Shown one piece after another: positions 1 through 12,994 of a DNA stretch of 64,000 nt; the stretch's first letter is position 1; every line of letters starts with the position of its first letter. The position numbers and the translations under genes are program-made. Under the pieces are notes generated by a model. The model was not told the DNA's origin, made no database searches, and saw only the letters and a program-made list of their open reading frames with translations. The stretch covers positions 248,868,001 through 248,932,000 of the forward strand of contig OZ024741.1 of the NCBI GenBank assembly GCA_964016885.1, read 5' to 3'. The DNA is from Eledone cirrhosa. Lineage: Eukaryota.

Positions 1-201
1 TTTCTAGCCGTCCAAGGGGAGATAAGTTCCAGCCTCCAAGGGGAGATAATTTCCAGCCAGCCAAGGGGAGATAATTTGTAAAAAAATTAGGGGGAGATAA
101 TTTGTAAAAAAAAATTAGGGGGAGATAATTTGTAAAAAAAAATCAGGGGGAGATAATTTGTAAAAAAATATCAGGGGGAGATAATTTGTAAAAAAAATCA
201 A

Positions 202-326
202 GGGGAGATAATTTCCAGCCGTCCAAGGGGAGATAATTTTCAGCCGTCCAAGGAGAGGTAAATTGTAGCCGTCCAAGGAGATATAATTTCCAGCCGTCCA
301 AGGGGAGATAATTTCCAGCCGTCCAA
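202..326 (+). repeat. Example of A-block cassette S (5 A monomers, including GGTAAATTGTAGCCGT and GGAGATATAATTT variants)
   Basis: The same ordered variants recur at about 4.5, 5.4, 11.2, 14.6, 15.5, 17.5, 33.4, 35.5, 39.9, 49.3 and 58.7 kb. Each is preceded by a B block starting with two TTAGGGGG monomers. Confidence 0.9.
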
Positions 327-465
327 GGGGAGATAATTTTTAAAAAAAAATCAGGCGGAGATAATTTGTAAACAAAAATCAGGGGGAGATAATTTTTAAA
401 AAAAAATCAGGGGGAGATAATTTGTAAAAAAAAATCAGGGGGAGATGATTTGTAAAAAAAATCAA

Positions 466-689
466 GGGGAGATAATTTCCAGCCGTCCAAGGGGAGGTAA
501 TATCTAGCCATCCAAGGGGAGATAATTTCCAGCCGTCCAAGGGGAGATAATTTCCAGCCGTCCAAGGGGAGATAATATCCAGCCGTCCAAGGAGACATAT
601 TTTCCAGCCGTCCAAGGAGAGGTAATTTCTAGCCGTCCAAGGGGAGATAAGTTCCAGCCTCCAAGGGGAGATAATTTCCAGCCAGCCAA
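466..689 (+). repeat. Example of A-block cassette P (9 A monomers, about 224 bp)
   Basis: Fixed order: consensus, GGTAATATCTAGCCAT, consensus x2, ATATCC, GGAGACATATTTT, GGAGAGGTAATTTCTAG, a 24-bp AGTTCCAGCCT monomer, then terminal CCAGCCAG. It recurs throughout the window and produces the repeated 'WKICLLGRLDII' ORFs. Confidence 0.93.
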
Positions 690-797
690 GGGGAGATAAT
701 TTGTAAAAAAATCAGGGGGGAGATAATTTGTAAAAAAAATCAGGGGGAGATAATTTGAAAAAAAAATCAGGGGGAGATAATTTGTAAAAAATATCAA

Positions 798-947
798 GGG
801 GAGATAATTTCCAGCCCTCCAAGGGGCTATAATTTCCAGCCGTGCAAGGGGAGATAATTTCCAGCCGTCCAAGGGGAGATAATTTCCATCCTTCCAAGGG
901 GAGATAATTTCCAGCCGTCCAAGGGGAGATAATTTCCCGCCAGCCAA
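798..947 (+). repeat. Example of A-block cassette T (CCAGCCCT, GGGGCTATAA and CCGTGCAA variants, ending CCCGCCAGCCAAGGGAAG)
   Basis: Copies end at about 947, 6185, 11905 (shorter by two monomers), 16273, 18229, 36245, 40668, 50059 and 59450. Confidence 0.9.
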
Positions 948-1506
948 GGGAAGATAATTTTTTAAAAAATCAGGCGGAGATTGTAAAAAAAATCAGGGGG
1001 AGATAATTTGTAAAAAAATCAGGGGGAGATAATTTGTAAAAAAAAAATCAGGGGGAGATAATTTGTAAAAAAAAATCAGGGGGAGATAATTTGTAAAAAA
1101 AATCAGGGGTGATAATTTGTAAAAAAAATCAGGGGTAGATAATTTGTAAAAAAAATCAGGGGGAGATAATTTGTAAAAAAAATCAGGGGGAGATAATTTG
1201 TAAAAAAAATCAGGGGTAGATAATTTTCAGCCGTCCAAGGGAAGATAATTTCCATCCTTCCAAGGGGAGATAATTTCCAGCCGTCCAAGGGGAGATAATT
1301 TCCCGCCAGCCAAGGAGAGATAACATTTAAAAAAATCAGGGGGAGATAATTTGTAAAAAAAAATCAGGGGGAGATAATTCGTAAAAAAAAATCAGGGGGA
1401 GATAATTTGTAAAAAAAAATCAGGGGTAGATAATTTGTAAAAAAAAATCAGGGGGAGATAATTTGTAAAAAAAAAATCAGGGGGAGATAATTTGTAAAAA
1501 AATCAA

Positions 1507-1606
1507 GGGGAGATAATTTCCAGCCGTCCAAGGGGAGATAATTTTCAGCCGTCCAAGGAGAGGTAATTTCTAGCCGTCCAAGGGGAGATAATTTCCAGCC
1601 GTCCAA
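1507..1606 (+). repeat. Example of A-block cassette R (4 A monomers: consensus, TTTTCAG, GGAGAGGTAATTTCTAG, consensus)
   Basis: Recurs many times, usually followed by a T-run/A-run TCAGGCGG monomer and then a GTAAACAAAAA monomer. Confidence 0.9.
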
Positions 1607-2089
1607 GGGGAGATAATTTTTTTAAAAAAATCAGGCGGAGATAATTTGTAAACAAAAATCAGGGGGAGATAATTTGTAAAAAAAATCAGGGGGAGATAAT
1701 TTGTAAAAAAAAATCAGGGGGAGATAATTTGTAAAAAAAATCAAGGGGAGATAATTTGTAAAAAAAAATCAGGGGTAGATAATTTGTAAAAAAAAATCAG
1801 GGGGAGATAATTTGTAAAAAAAAAATCAGGGGGAGATAATTTGTAAAAAAATCAAGGGGAGATAATTTCCAGCCGTCCAAGGGGAGATAATTTTCAGCCG
1901 TCCAAGGAGAGGTAATTTCTAGCCGTCCAAGGGGAGATAATTTCCAGCCAGCCAAGGGGAGATAATTTGTAAAAAAATCAGGGGTAGATAATTTGTAAAA
2001 AAAAATCAGGGGGAGATAATTTGTAAAAAAAATCAGGGGGAGATAATTTGTAAAAAAAATCAGGGGGAGATAATTTGTAAAAAAAATCA

Positions 2090-2396
2090 GGGGTAGATAA
2101 TTTTCAGCCGTCCAAGGGGAGATAATTTCCATCCTTCCAAGGGGAGATAATTTCCAGCCGTCCAAGGGGAGATAATTTCCCGCCAGCCAAGGAGAGATAA
2201 CATTTAAAAAAATCAGGCGGAGATAATTTGTAAAAAAAATCAGGGGGAGATATTTTGTAAAAAAATCAGGGGGAGATAATTTGTAAAGAAAATCAGGGGT
2301 AGATAATTTCCAGCCGTCCAAGGGGAGATAATTTCCATCCTTCCAAGGGGAGATAATTTCCAGCCGTCCAAGGGGAGATAATTTCCCGCCAGCCAA
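2090..2396 (+). repeat. Example of paired A-block cassette Q (4 A monomers including CCATCCTT and CCCGCCAG), two copies 206 bp apart
   Basis: Q lies at 2090-2190 and 2296-2396. The first copy is followed by GATAACATTT and the second by GATAATATTT. The doublet recurs across the window and produces the 157/199-aa ORFs. Confidence 0.9.
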
Positions 2397-3779
2397 GGAG
2401 AGATAATATTTAAAAAAATCAGGCGGAGATAATTTGTAAAAAAAATCAGGGGGAGATAATTTGTAAAAAAATCAGGGGGAGATAATTTGTAAAAAAAAAT
2501 CAGGGGGAGATAATTTGTAAAAAAAATCAGGGGGAGATAATTTGTTAAAAAAATCAGGGGTAGATAATTTGTAAAAAAAAATCAGGGGGAGATAATTTGT
2601 AAAAAAAAAATCAGGGGGAGATAATTTGTAAAAAAATCAAGGGGAGATAATTTCCAGCCGTCCAAGGGGAGATAATTTTCAGCCGTCCAAGGAGAGGTAA
2701 TTTCTAGCCGTCCAAGGGGAGATAATTTCGAGCCGTCCAAGGGGAGATAATTTTTTAAAAAAAATCAGGCGGAGATAATTTGTAAACAAAAATCAGGGGG
2801 AGATAATTTGTAAAAAAAAATCAGGGGGAGATAATTTGTAAAAAAAAATCAGGGGGAGATAATTTGTAAAAAAATCAAGGGGAGATAATTTCCAGCCGTC
2901 CAAGGGGAGGTAATATCTAGCCATCCAAGGGGAGATAATTTCCAGCCGTCCAAGGGGAGATAATTTCCAGCCGTCCAAGGGGAGATAATTTCCAGCCGTC
3001 CAAGGGGAGATAATATCCAGCCGTCCAAGGAGACATATTTTCCAGCCGACCAAGGAGAGGTAATTTCTAGCCGTCCAAGGGGAGATAAGTTCCAGCCTCC
3101 AAGGGGAGATAATTTCCAGCCAGCCAAGGGGAGATAATTTGTAAAAAAATCAGGGGGAGATAATTTGTAAAAAAAAAATCAGGGGGAGATAATTTGTAAA
3201 AAATCAGGGGGAGATAATTTGTAAAAAAAAAATCAGGGGGAGATAATTTGTAAAAAAAATCAGGGGGAGATAATTTGTAAAAAAAATCAGGGGGAGATAA
3301 TTTGTAAAAAAAATCAGGGGGAGATAATTTGTAAAAAAAATCAGGGGGAGATAATTTGTAAAAAAAATCAGGGGTAGATAATTTTCAGCCGTCCAAGGGG
3401 AGATAATTTCCATCCTTCCAAGGGGAGATAATTTCCAGCCGTCCAAGGGGAGATAATTTCCCGCCAGCCAAGGAGAGATAACATTTAAAAAAATGAGGCG
3501 GAGATAATTTGTAAAAAAAATCAGGGGGAGATAATTTGTAAAAAAATCAGGGGGAGATAATTTGTAAAAAAAATCAGGGGTAGATAATTTCCAGCCGTCC
3601 AAGGGGAGATAATTTCCATCCTTCCAAGGGGAGATAATTTCCAGCCGTCCAAGGGGAGATAATTTCCCGCCAGCCAAGGAGAGATAATATTTAAAAAAAT
3701 CAGGCGGAGATAATTTGTAAAAAAAATCAGGGGGAGATAATTTGTAAAAAAATCAGGGGGAGATAATTTGTAAAAAAAA

Positions 3780-5615
3780 ATCAGGGGGAGATAATTTGTA
3801 AAAAAAATCAGGGGGAGATAATTTGTAAAAAAAAATCAGGGGTAGATAATTTGTAAAAAAAAATCAGGGGGAGATAATTTGTAAAAAAAAATCAGGGGGA
3901 GATAATTTGTAAAAAAATCAAGGGGAGATAATTTCCAGCCGTCCAAGGGGAGATAATTTTCAGCCGTCCAAGGAGAGGTAATTTCTAGCCGTCCAAGGGG
4001 AGATAATTTCCAGCCGTCCAAGGGGAGATAATTTTTTTAAAAAAATCAGGCGGAGATAATTTGTAAACAAAAATCAGGGGGAGAGAATTTGTAAAAAAAA
4101 ATCAGGGGGAGATAATTTGTAAAAAAAAATCAGGGGGAGATAATTTGTAAAAAAAATCAAGGGGAGATAATTTCCAGCCGTCCAAGGGGAGGTAATATCT
4201 AGCCATCCAAGGGGAGATAATTTCCAGCCGTCCAAGGGGAGATAATTTCCAGCCGTCCAAGGGGAGATAATATCCAGCCGTCCAAGGAGACATATTTTCC
4301 AGCCGTCCAAGGAGACGTAATTTCTAGCCGTCCAAGGGGAGATAAGTTCCAGCCTCCAAGGGGAGATAATTTCCAGCCAGCCAAAGGGAGATAATTTGTA
4401 AAAAAATTAGGGGGAGATAATTTGTAAAAAAAAATTAGGGGGAGATAATTTGTAAAAAAAAATCAGGGGGAGATAATTTGTAAAAAAAAATCAGGGGGAG
4501 ATAATTTGTAAAAAAAATCAAGGGGAGATAATTTCCAGCCGTCCAAGGGGAGATAATTTTCAGCCGTCCAAGGAGAGGTAAATTGTAGCCGTCCAAGGAG
4601 ATATAATTTCCAGCCGTCCAAGGGGAGATAATTTCCAGCCGTCCAAGGGGAGATAATTTTTAAAAAAAAATCAGGCGGAGATAATTTGTAAACAAAAATC
4701 AGGGGGAGATAATTTGTAAAAAAAATCAGGGGGAGATAATTTGTAAAAAAAAATCAGGGGTAGATAATTTGTAAAAAAAAATCAGGGGGAGATAATTTGT
4801 AAAAAAAAATCAGGGGGAGATAATTTGTAAAAAAATCAAGGGGAGATAATTTCCAGCCGTCCAAGGGGAGATAATTTTCAGCCGTCCAAGGAGAGGTAAT
4901 TTCTAGCCGTCCAAGGGGAGATAATTTCCAGCCGTCCAAGGGGAGATAATTTTTTTAAAAAAATCAGGCGGAGATAATTTGTAAACAAAAATCAGGGGGA
5001 GAGAATTTGTAAAAAAAAATCAGGGGGAGATAATTTGTAAAAAAAAATCAGGGGGAGATAATTTGTAAAAAAAATCAAGGGGAGATAATTTCCAGCCGTC
5101 CAAGGGGAGGTAATATCTAGCCATCCAAGGGGAGATAATTTCCAGCCGTCCAAGGGGAGATAATTTCCAGCCGTCCAAGGGGAGATAATATCCAGCCGTC
5201 CAAGGAGACATATTTTCCAGCCGTCCAAGGAGACGTAATTTCTAGCCGTCCAAGGGGAGATAAGTTCCAGCCTCCAAGGGGAGATAATTTCCAGCCAGCC
5301 AAAGGGAGATAATTTGTAAAAAAATTAGGGGGAGATAATTTGTAAAAAAAAATTAGGGGGAGATAATTTGTAAAAAAAAATCAGGGGGAGATAATTTGTA
5401 AAAAAAAATCAGGGGGAGATAATTTGTAAAAAAAATCAAGGGGAGATAATTTCCAGCCGTCCAAGGGGAGATAATTTTCAGCCGTCCAAGGAGAGGTAAA
5501 TTGTAGCCGTCCAAGGAGATATAATTTCCAGCCGTCCAAGGGGAGATAATTTCCAGCCGTCCAAGGGGAGATAATTTTAAAAAAAAAATCAGGCGGAGAT
5601 AATTTGTAAACAAAA
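3780..5615 (+). repeat. Tandem higher-order duplication, unit 918 bp (2 copies)
   Basis: ORF offsets 3836/4754, 4074/4992 and 4199/5117 are all 918. Shared variants include GGAGAGAATTT, GGAGACGT and CCAAAGGG. The pair is repeated at about 13870-15700. Confidence 0.9.
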
Positions 5616-8600
5616 ATCAGGGGGAGATAATTTTAAAAAAAAAATCAGGGGGAGATAATTTGTAAAAAAAAATCAGGGGGAGATAATTTGTAAAAAAAAT
5701 CAAGGGGAGATAATTTCCAGCCGTCCAAGGGGAGGTAATATCTAGCCATCCAAGGGGAGATAATTTCCAGCCGTCCAAGGGGAGATAATTTCCAGCCGTC
5801 CAAGGGGAGATAATATCCAGCCGTCCAAGGAGACATATTTTCCAGCTGTCCAAGGAGAGGTAATTTCTAGCCGTCCAAGGGGAGATAAGTTCCAGCCTCC
5901 AAGGGGAGATAATTTCCAGCCAGCCAAGGGGAGATAATTTGTAAAAAAATCAGGGGGGAGATAATTTGTAAAAAAAATCAGGGGGAGATAATTTGAAAAA
6001 AAAATCAGGGGGAGATAATTTGTAAAAAATATCAAGGGGTGATAATTTCCAGCCCTCCAAGGGGCTATAATTTCCAGCCGTGCAAGGGGAGATAATTTCC
6101 AGCCGTCCAAGGGGAGATAATTTCCATCCTTCCAAGGGGAGATAATTTCTAGCCGTCCAAGGGGAGATAATTTCCCGCCAGCCAAGGGAAGATAATTTTT
6201 TAAAAAATCAGGCGGAGATTGTAAAAAAAATCAGGGGGAGATAATTTGTAAAAAAATCAGGGGGAGATAATTTGTAAAAAAAAAATCAGGGGGAGATAAT
6301 TTGTAAAAAAAAATCAGGGGGAGATAATTTGTAAAAAAAATCAGGGGTGATAATTTGTAAAAAAAATCAGGGGTAGATAATTTGTAAAAAAAATCAGGGG
6401 GAGATAATTTGTAAAAAAATCAGGGGGAGATAATTTGTAAAAAAAATCAGGGGTAGATAATTTTCAGCCGTCCAAGGGGAGATAATTTCCATCCTTCCAA
6501 GGGGAGATAATTTCCAGCCGTCCAAGGGGAGATAATTTCCCACCAGCCAAGGAGAGATAACATTTAAAAAAATCAGGCGGAGATAATTTGTAAAAAAATC
6601 AGGGGGAGATAATTTGTAAAAAAAATCAGGGGTAGATAATTTTCAGCCGTCCAAGGGGAGATAATTTCCATCCTTCCAAGGGGAGATAATTTCCAGCCGT
6701 CCAAGGGGAGATAATTTCCCACCAGCCAAGGAGAGATAACATTTAAAAAAATCAGGGGGATATAATTTGTAAAAAAAAATCAGGGGGAGATAATTCGTAA
6801 AAAAAAATCAGGGGGAGATAATTTGTAAAAAAAAATCAGGGGTAGATAATTTGTAAAAAAAAATCAGGGGGAGATAATTTGTAAAAAAAAAATCAGGGGG
6901 AGATAATTTGTAAAAAAATCAAGGGGAGATAATTTCCAGCCGTCCAAGGGGAGATAATTTTCAGCCGTCCAAGGAGAGGTAATTTCTAGCCGTCCGAGGG
7001 GAGATAATTTCCAGCCGTCCAAGGGGAGATAATTTTTTTTAAAAAATCAGGCGGAGATAATTTGTAAACAAAAATCAGGGGGAGATAATTTGTAAAAAAA
7101 AATCAGGGGGAGATAATTTGTAAAAAAAAATCAGGGGGAGATAATTTGTAAAAAAAATCAAGGGGAGATAATTTGTAAAAAAAAATCAGGGGTAGATAAT
7201 TTGTAAAAAAAAATCAGGGGGAGATAATTTGTAAAAAAAAAATCAGGGGGAGATAATTTTTAAAAATTCAAGGGGAGATAATTTCCAGCCGTCCAAGGGG
7301 AGATAATTTTCAGCCGTCCAAGGAGAGGTAATTTCTAGCCGTCCAAGGGGAGATAATTTCCAGCCAGCCAAGGGGAGATAATTTGTAAAAAAATCAGGGG
7401 TAGATAATTTGTAAAAAAAAATCAGGGGGAGATAATTTGTAAAAAAAATCAGGGGGAGATAATTTGTAAAAAAAATCAGGGGTAGATAATTTCCAGCCGT
7501 CCAAGGGGAGATAATTTCCATCCTTCCAAGGGGAGTTAATTTCCAGCCGTCCAAGGGGAGATAATTTCCCGCCAGCCAAGGAGAGATAACATTTTAAAAA
7601 ATCAGGCGGAGATAATTTGTAAAAAAAATCAGGGGGAGATAATTTGTAAAAAAATCAGGGGGAGATAATTTGTAAAAAAAATCAGGGGTAGATAATTTCC
7701 AGCCGTCCAAGGGGAGATAATTTCCATCCTTCCAAGGGGAGATAATTTCCAGCCGTCCAAGGGGAGATAATTTCCCGCCAGCCAAGGAGAGATAATATTT
7801 AAAAAAATCAGGCGGAGATAATTTGTAAAAAAAATCAGGGGGAGATAATTTGTAAAAAAATCAGGGGGAGATAATTTGTAAAAAAAAATCAGGGGAGATA
7901 ATTTGTAAAAAAAATCAGGGGGAGATAATTTGTAAAAAAATATCAGGGGTAGATAATTTGTAAAAAAAAATCAGGGGGAGATAATTTGTAAAAAAAAAAT
8001 CAGGGGGAGATAATTTGTAAAAAAATCAAGGGGAGATAATTTCCAGCCGTCCAAGGGGAGATAATTTTCAGCCGTCCAAGGAGGTAATTTCTAGCCGTCC
8101 AAGGGGAGATAATTTCCAGCCGTCCAAGGGGAGATAATATCCAGCCATCCAAGGGGAGATAATATCCAGCCGTCCAAGGAGACATATTTTCCAGCCGTCC
8201 AAGGAGAGGTAATTTCTAGCCGTCCAAGGGGAGATAAGTTCCAGCCTCCAAGGGGAGAAAATTTCCAGCCAGCCAAGGGGAGATAATTTGTAAAAAAATC
8301 AGGGGGAGATAATTTGTAAAAAAAATCAAGGGGAGATAATTTCCAGCCGTCCAAGGGGAGGTAATATCTAGCCATCCAAGGGGAGATAATTTCCAGCCGT
8401 CCAAGGGGAGATAATTTCCAGCCGTCCAAGGGGAGATAATATCCAGCCGTCCAAGGAGACATATTTTCCAGCCGTCCAAGGAGAGGTAATTTCTAGCCGT
8501 CCAAGGGGAGATAAGTTCCAGCCTCCAAGGGTAGAAAATTTCCAGCCAGCCAAGGGGAGATAATTTGTAAAAAAATCAGGGGGAGATAATTTGTAAAAAA

Positions 8601-11600
8601 AAAATCAGGGGGAGATAATTTGTAAAAAAAATCAGGGGTAGATAATTTGTAAAAAAAAATCAGGGGGAGATAATTTGTAAAAAAAATCAGGGGGAGATAA
8701 TTTGTAAAAAAAATCAGGGGTAGATAATTTCCAGCCGTCCAAGGGGAGATAATTTCCATCCTTCCAAGGGGAGATAATTTCCAGCCGTCCAAGGGGAGAT
8801 AATTTCCCGCCAGCCAAGGAGAGATAATATTTAAAAAAATCAGGCGGAGATAATTTGTAAAAAAAATCAGAGGGAGATAATTTGTAAAAAAAAAATCAGG
8901 GCGAGATAATTTGTAAAAAAAAATCAGGGGGAGATAATTTGTAAAAAAAAATCAGGGGGAGATAATTTGTAAAAAAAATCAGGGGTAGATAATTTGTAAA
9001 AAAAATCAGGGGGAGATAATTTGTAAAAAAAATCAGGGGGAGATAATTTGTAAAAAAAATCAAGGGGAGATAATTTGCAGCCGTCCAAGGGGAGATAATT
9101 TTCAGCCGTCCAAGGAGAGATAATTTCTAGCCGTTCAAGGGGAGATAATTTCCAGCCGTCCAAGGGGAGATAATTTCCAGCCGTCCAAGGGGAGATAATT
9201 TTTAAAGAAAAATCAGACGGAGATAATTTGTAAAAAAAAAATCAGGGGGAGATAATTTGTAAAAAAAAATCAGGGGGAGATAATTTGTAAAAAAAGATCA
9301 GGGGTAGATAATTTGTAAAAAAAATCAAGGGGAGATAATTTCCAGCCGTTCAAGGGAAGATAATTTCCAGCCCTCCAAGGGGCTATAATTTCCAGCGTCC
9401 AAGGGGAGATAATTTCCAGCCAGCGAAGAGGAGATAATTTTTTTTTAAAAATCATTGGGAGATTTGTAAAAAAAATCAGGGGGAGATAATTTGTAAAAAA
9501 AATCAGGGGTAGATAATTTGTAAAAAAAAATCAGGGGGAGATAATTTGTAAAAAAAAAATCAGGGGGAGATAATTTGTAAAAAATTCAAGGGGAGATAAT
9601 TTCCAGCCGTCCAAGGGGAGGTAATATCTAGCCATCCAAGGGGAGATAATTTCCAGCCGTCCAAGGGGAGATAATTTCCAGCCGTCCAAGGGGAGATAAT
9701 ATCCAGCCGTCCAAGGAGACATATTTTCCAGCCGTCCAAGGAGAGGTAATTTCTAGCCGTCCAAAGGGAGATAAGTTCCAGCCTCCAAGGGGAGATAATT
9801 TCCAGCCAGCCAAGGGGAGATAATTTGTAAAAAAATCAGGGGGAGATAATTTGTAAAAAAAAAATCAGGGGGAGATAATTTGTAAAAAAATCAGGGGGAG
9901 ATAATTTGTAAAAAAAAAATCAGGGGGAGATAATTTGTAAAAAAAATCAGGGGGAGATAATTTGTAAAAAAAATCAGGGGTAGATAATTTGTAAAAAAAA
10001 TCAGGGGGAGATAATTTGTAAAAAAAATCAGGGGGAGATAATTTGTAAAAAAAATCAGGGGTAGATAATTTTCAGCCGTCCAAGGGGAGATAATTTCCAT
10101 CCTTCCAAGGGGAGATAATTTCCAGCCGTCCAAGGGGAGATAATTTCCCGCCAGCCTAGGAGAGATAACATTTTAAAAAATCAGGCGGAGATAATTTGTA
10201 AAAAAAATCAGGGGGAGATAATTTGTAAAAAAATCAGGGGGAGATAATTTGTAAAAAAAATCAGGGGTAGATAATTTCCAGCCGTCCAAGGGGAGATAAT
10301 TTCCATCCTTCCAAGGGGAGATAATTTCCAGCCGTCCAAGGGGAGATAATTTCCCGCCAGCCAAGGAGAGATAATATTTAAAAAAATCAGGCGGAGATAA
10401 TTTGTAAAAAAAATCAGGGGGAGATAATTTGTAAAAAAATCAGGGGGAGATAATTTGTAAAAAAAAAATCAGGGGGAGATAATTTGTAAAAAAAATCAGG
10501 GGGAGATAATTTGTAAAAAAAAATCAGGGGTAGATAATTTGTAAAAAAAAATCAGGGGGAGATAATTTGTAAAAAAAAATCAGGGGGAGATAATTTGTAA
10601 AAAAATCAAGGGGAGATAATTTCCAGCCGTCCAAGGGGAGATAATTTTCAGCCGTCCAAGGAGAGGTAATTTCTAGCCGTCCAAGGGGAGATAATTTCCA
10701 GCCGTCCAAGGGGAGATAATTTTTTTAAAAAAATCAGGCGGAGATAATTTGTAAACAAAAATCAGGGGGAGAGAATTTGTAAAAAAAAATCAGGGGGAGA
10801 TAATTTGTAAAAAAAAATCAGGGGGAGATAATTTGTAAAAAAAATCAAGGGGAGATAATTTCCAGCCGTCCAAGGGGAGGTAACATCTAGCCATCCAAGG
10901 GGAGATAATTTCCAGCCGTCCAAGGGGAGATAATTTCCAGCCGTCTAAGGGGAGATAATATCCAGCCGTCCAAGGAGACATATTTTCCAGCCGTCCAAGG
11001 AGACGTAACTTCTTGCCGTCCAAGGGGAGATAAGTTCCAGCCTCCAAGGGGAGATAATTTCCAGCCAGCCAAGGGGAGATAATTTGTAAAAAAATTAGGG
11101 GGAGATAATTTGTAAAAAAAAATTAGGGGGAGATAATTTGTAAAAAAAAATCAGGTGGAGATAATTTGTAAAAAAAAATCAGGGGGAGATAATTTGTAAA
11201 AAAAATCAAGGGGAGATAATTTCCAGCCGTCCAAGGGGAGATAATTTTCAGCCGTCCAAGGAGAGGTAAATTGTAGCCGTCCAAGGAGATATAATTTCCA
11301 GCCGTCCAAGGGGAGATAATTTCCAGCCGTCCAAGGGGCGATAATTTTTAAAAAAAAATCAGGCGGAGATAATTTGTAAACAAAAATCAGGGGGAGATAA
11401 TTTTTAAAAAAAAATCAGGGGGAGATAATTTGTAAAAAAAAATCAGGGGGAGATAATTTGTAAAAAAAATCAAGGGGAGATAATTTCCAGCCGTCCAAGG
11501 GGACGTAATATCTAGCCATCCAAGGGGAGATAATTTCCAGCCGTCCAAGGGGAGATAATTTCCAGCCGTCCAAGGGGAGATAATATCCAGCCGTCCAAGG

Positions 11601-12994
11601 AGACATATTTTCCAGCCGTCCAAGGAGAGGTAATTTCTAGCCGTCCAAGGGGAGATAAGTTCCAGCCTCCAAGGGGAGATAATTTCCAGCCAGCCAAGGG
11701 GAGATAATTTGTAAAAAAATCAGGGGGGAGATAATTTGTAAAAAAAATCAGGGGGAGATAATTTGAAAAAAAAATCAGGGGGAGATAATTTGTAAAAAAT
11801 ATCAAGGGGAGATAATTTCCAGCCCTCCAAGGGGCTATAATTTCCAGCCGTGCAAGGGGAGATAATTTCCAGCCGTCCAAGGGGAGATAATTTCCCGCCA
11901 GCCAAGGGAAGATAATTTTTTAAAAAATCAGGCGGAGATTGTAAAAAAAATCAGGGGGAGATAATTTGTAAAAAAATCAGGGGGAGATAATTTGTAAAAA
12001 AAAAATCAGGGGGAGATAATTTGTAAAAAAAAATCAGGGGGAGATAATTTGTAAAAAAAATCAGAGGTGATAATTTGTAAAAAAAATCAGGGGTAGATAA
12101 TTTGTAAAAAAAATCAGGGGGAGATAATTTGTAAAAAAAATCAGGGGGAGATAATTTGTAAAAAAAATCAGGGGTAGATAATTTTCAGCCGTCCAAGGGG
12201 AGATAATTTCCATCCTTCCAAGGGGAGATAATTTCCAGCCGTCCAAGGGGAGATAATTTCCCGCCAGCCAAGGAGAGATAACATTTAAAAAAATCAGGCG
12301 GAGATAATTTGTAAAAAAATCAGGGGGAGATAATTTGTAAAAAAAATCAGGGGTAGATAATTTTCAGCCGTCCAAGGGGAGAATATTTCCATCCTTCCAA
12401 GGGGAGATAATTTCCAGCCGTCCAAGGGGAGATAATTTCCCGCCAGCCAAGGAGAGATAACATTTAAAAAAATCAGGGGGAGATAATTTGTAAAAAAAAA
12501 TCAGGGGGAGATAATTCGTAAAAAAAAATCAGGGGGAGATAATTTGTAAAAAAAAATCAGGGGTAGATAATTTGTAAAAAAAAATCAGGGGGAGATAATT
12601 TGTAAAAAAAAAATCAGGGGGAGATACTTTGTAAAAAAATCAAGGGGAGATAATTTCCAGCCGTCCAAGGGGAGATAATTTTCAGCCGTCCAAGGAGAGG
12701 TAATTTCTAGCCGTCCAAGGGGAGATAATTTCCAGCCGTCCAAGGGGAGATAATTTTTTTAAAAAAATCAGGCGGAGATAATTTGTAAACAAAAATCAGG
12801 GGGAGATAATTTGTAAAAAAAAATCAGGGGGAGATAATTTGTAAAAAAAAATCAGGGGGAGATAATTTGTAAAAAAAATCAAGGGGAGATAATTTGTAAA
12901 AAAAAATCAGGGGTAGATAATTTGTAAAAAAAAATCAGGGGGAGATAATTTGTAAAAAAAAAATCAGGGGGAGATAATTTTTAAAAAAATCAAG

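Noticed and set aside
87-125. TTAGGG hexamers in some B monomers
   Set aside because: They are single C-to-T variants of TCAGGG occurring as isolated copies about 28 bp apart, not a (TTAGGG)n telomeric tract.
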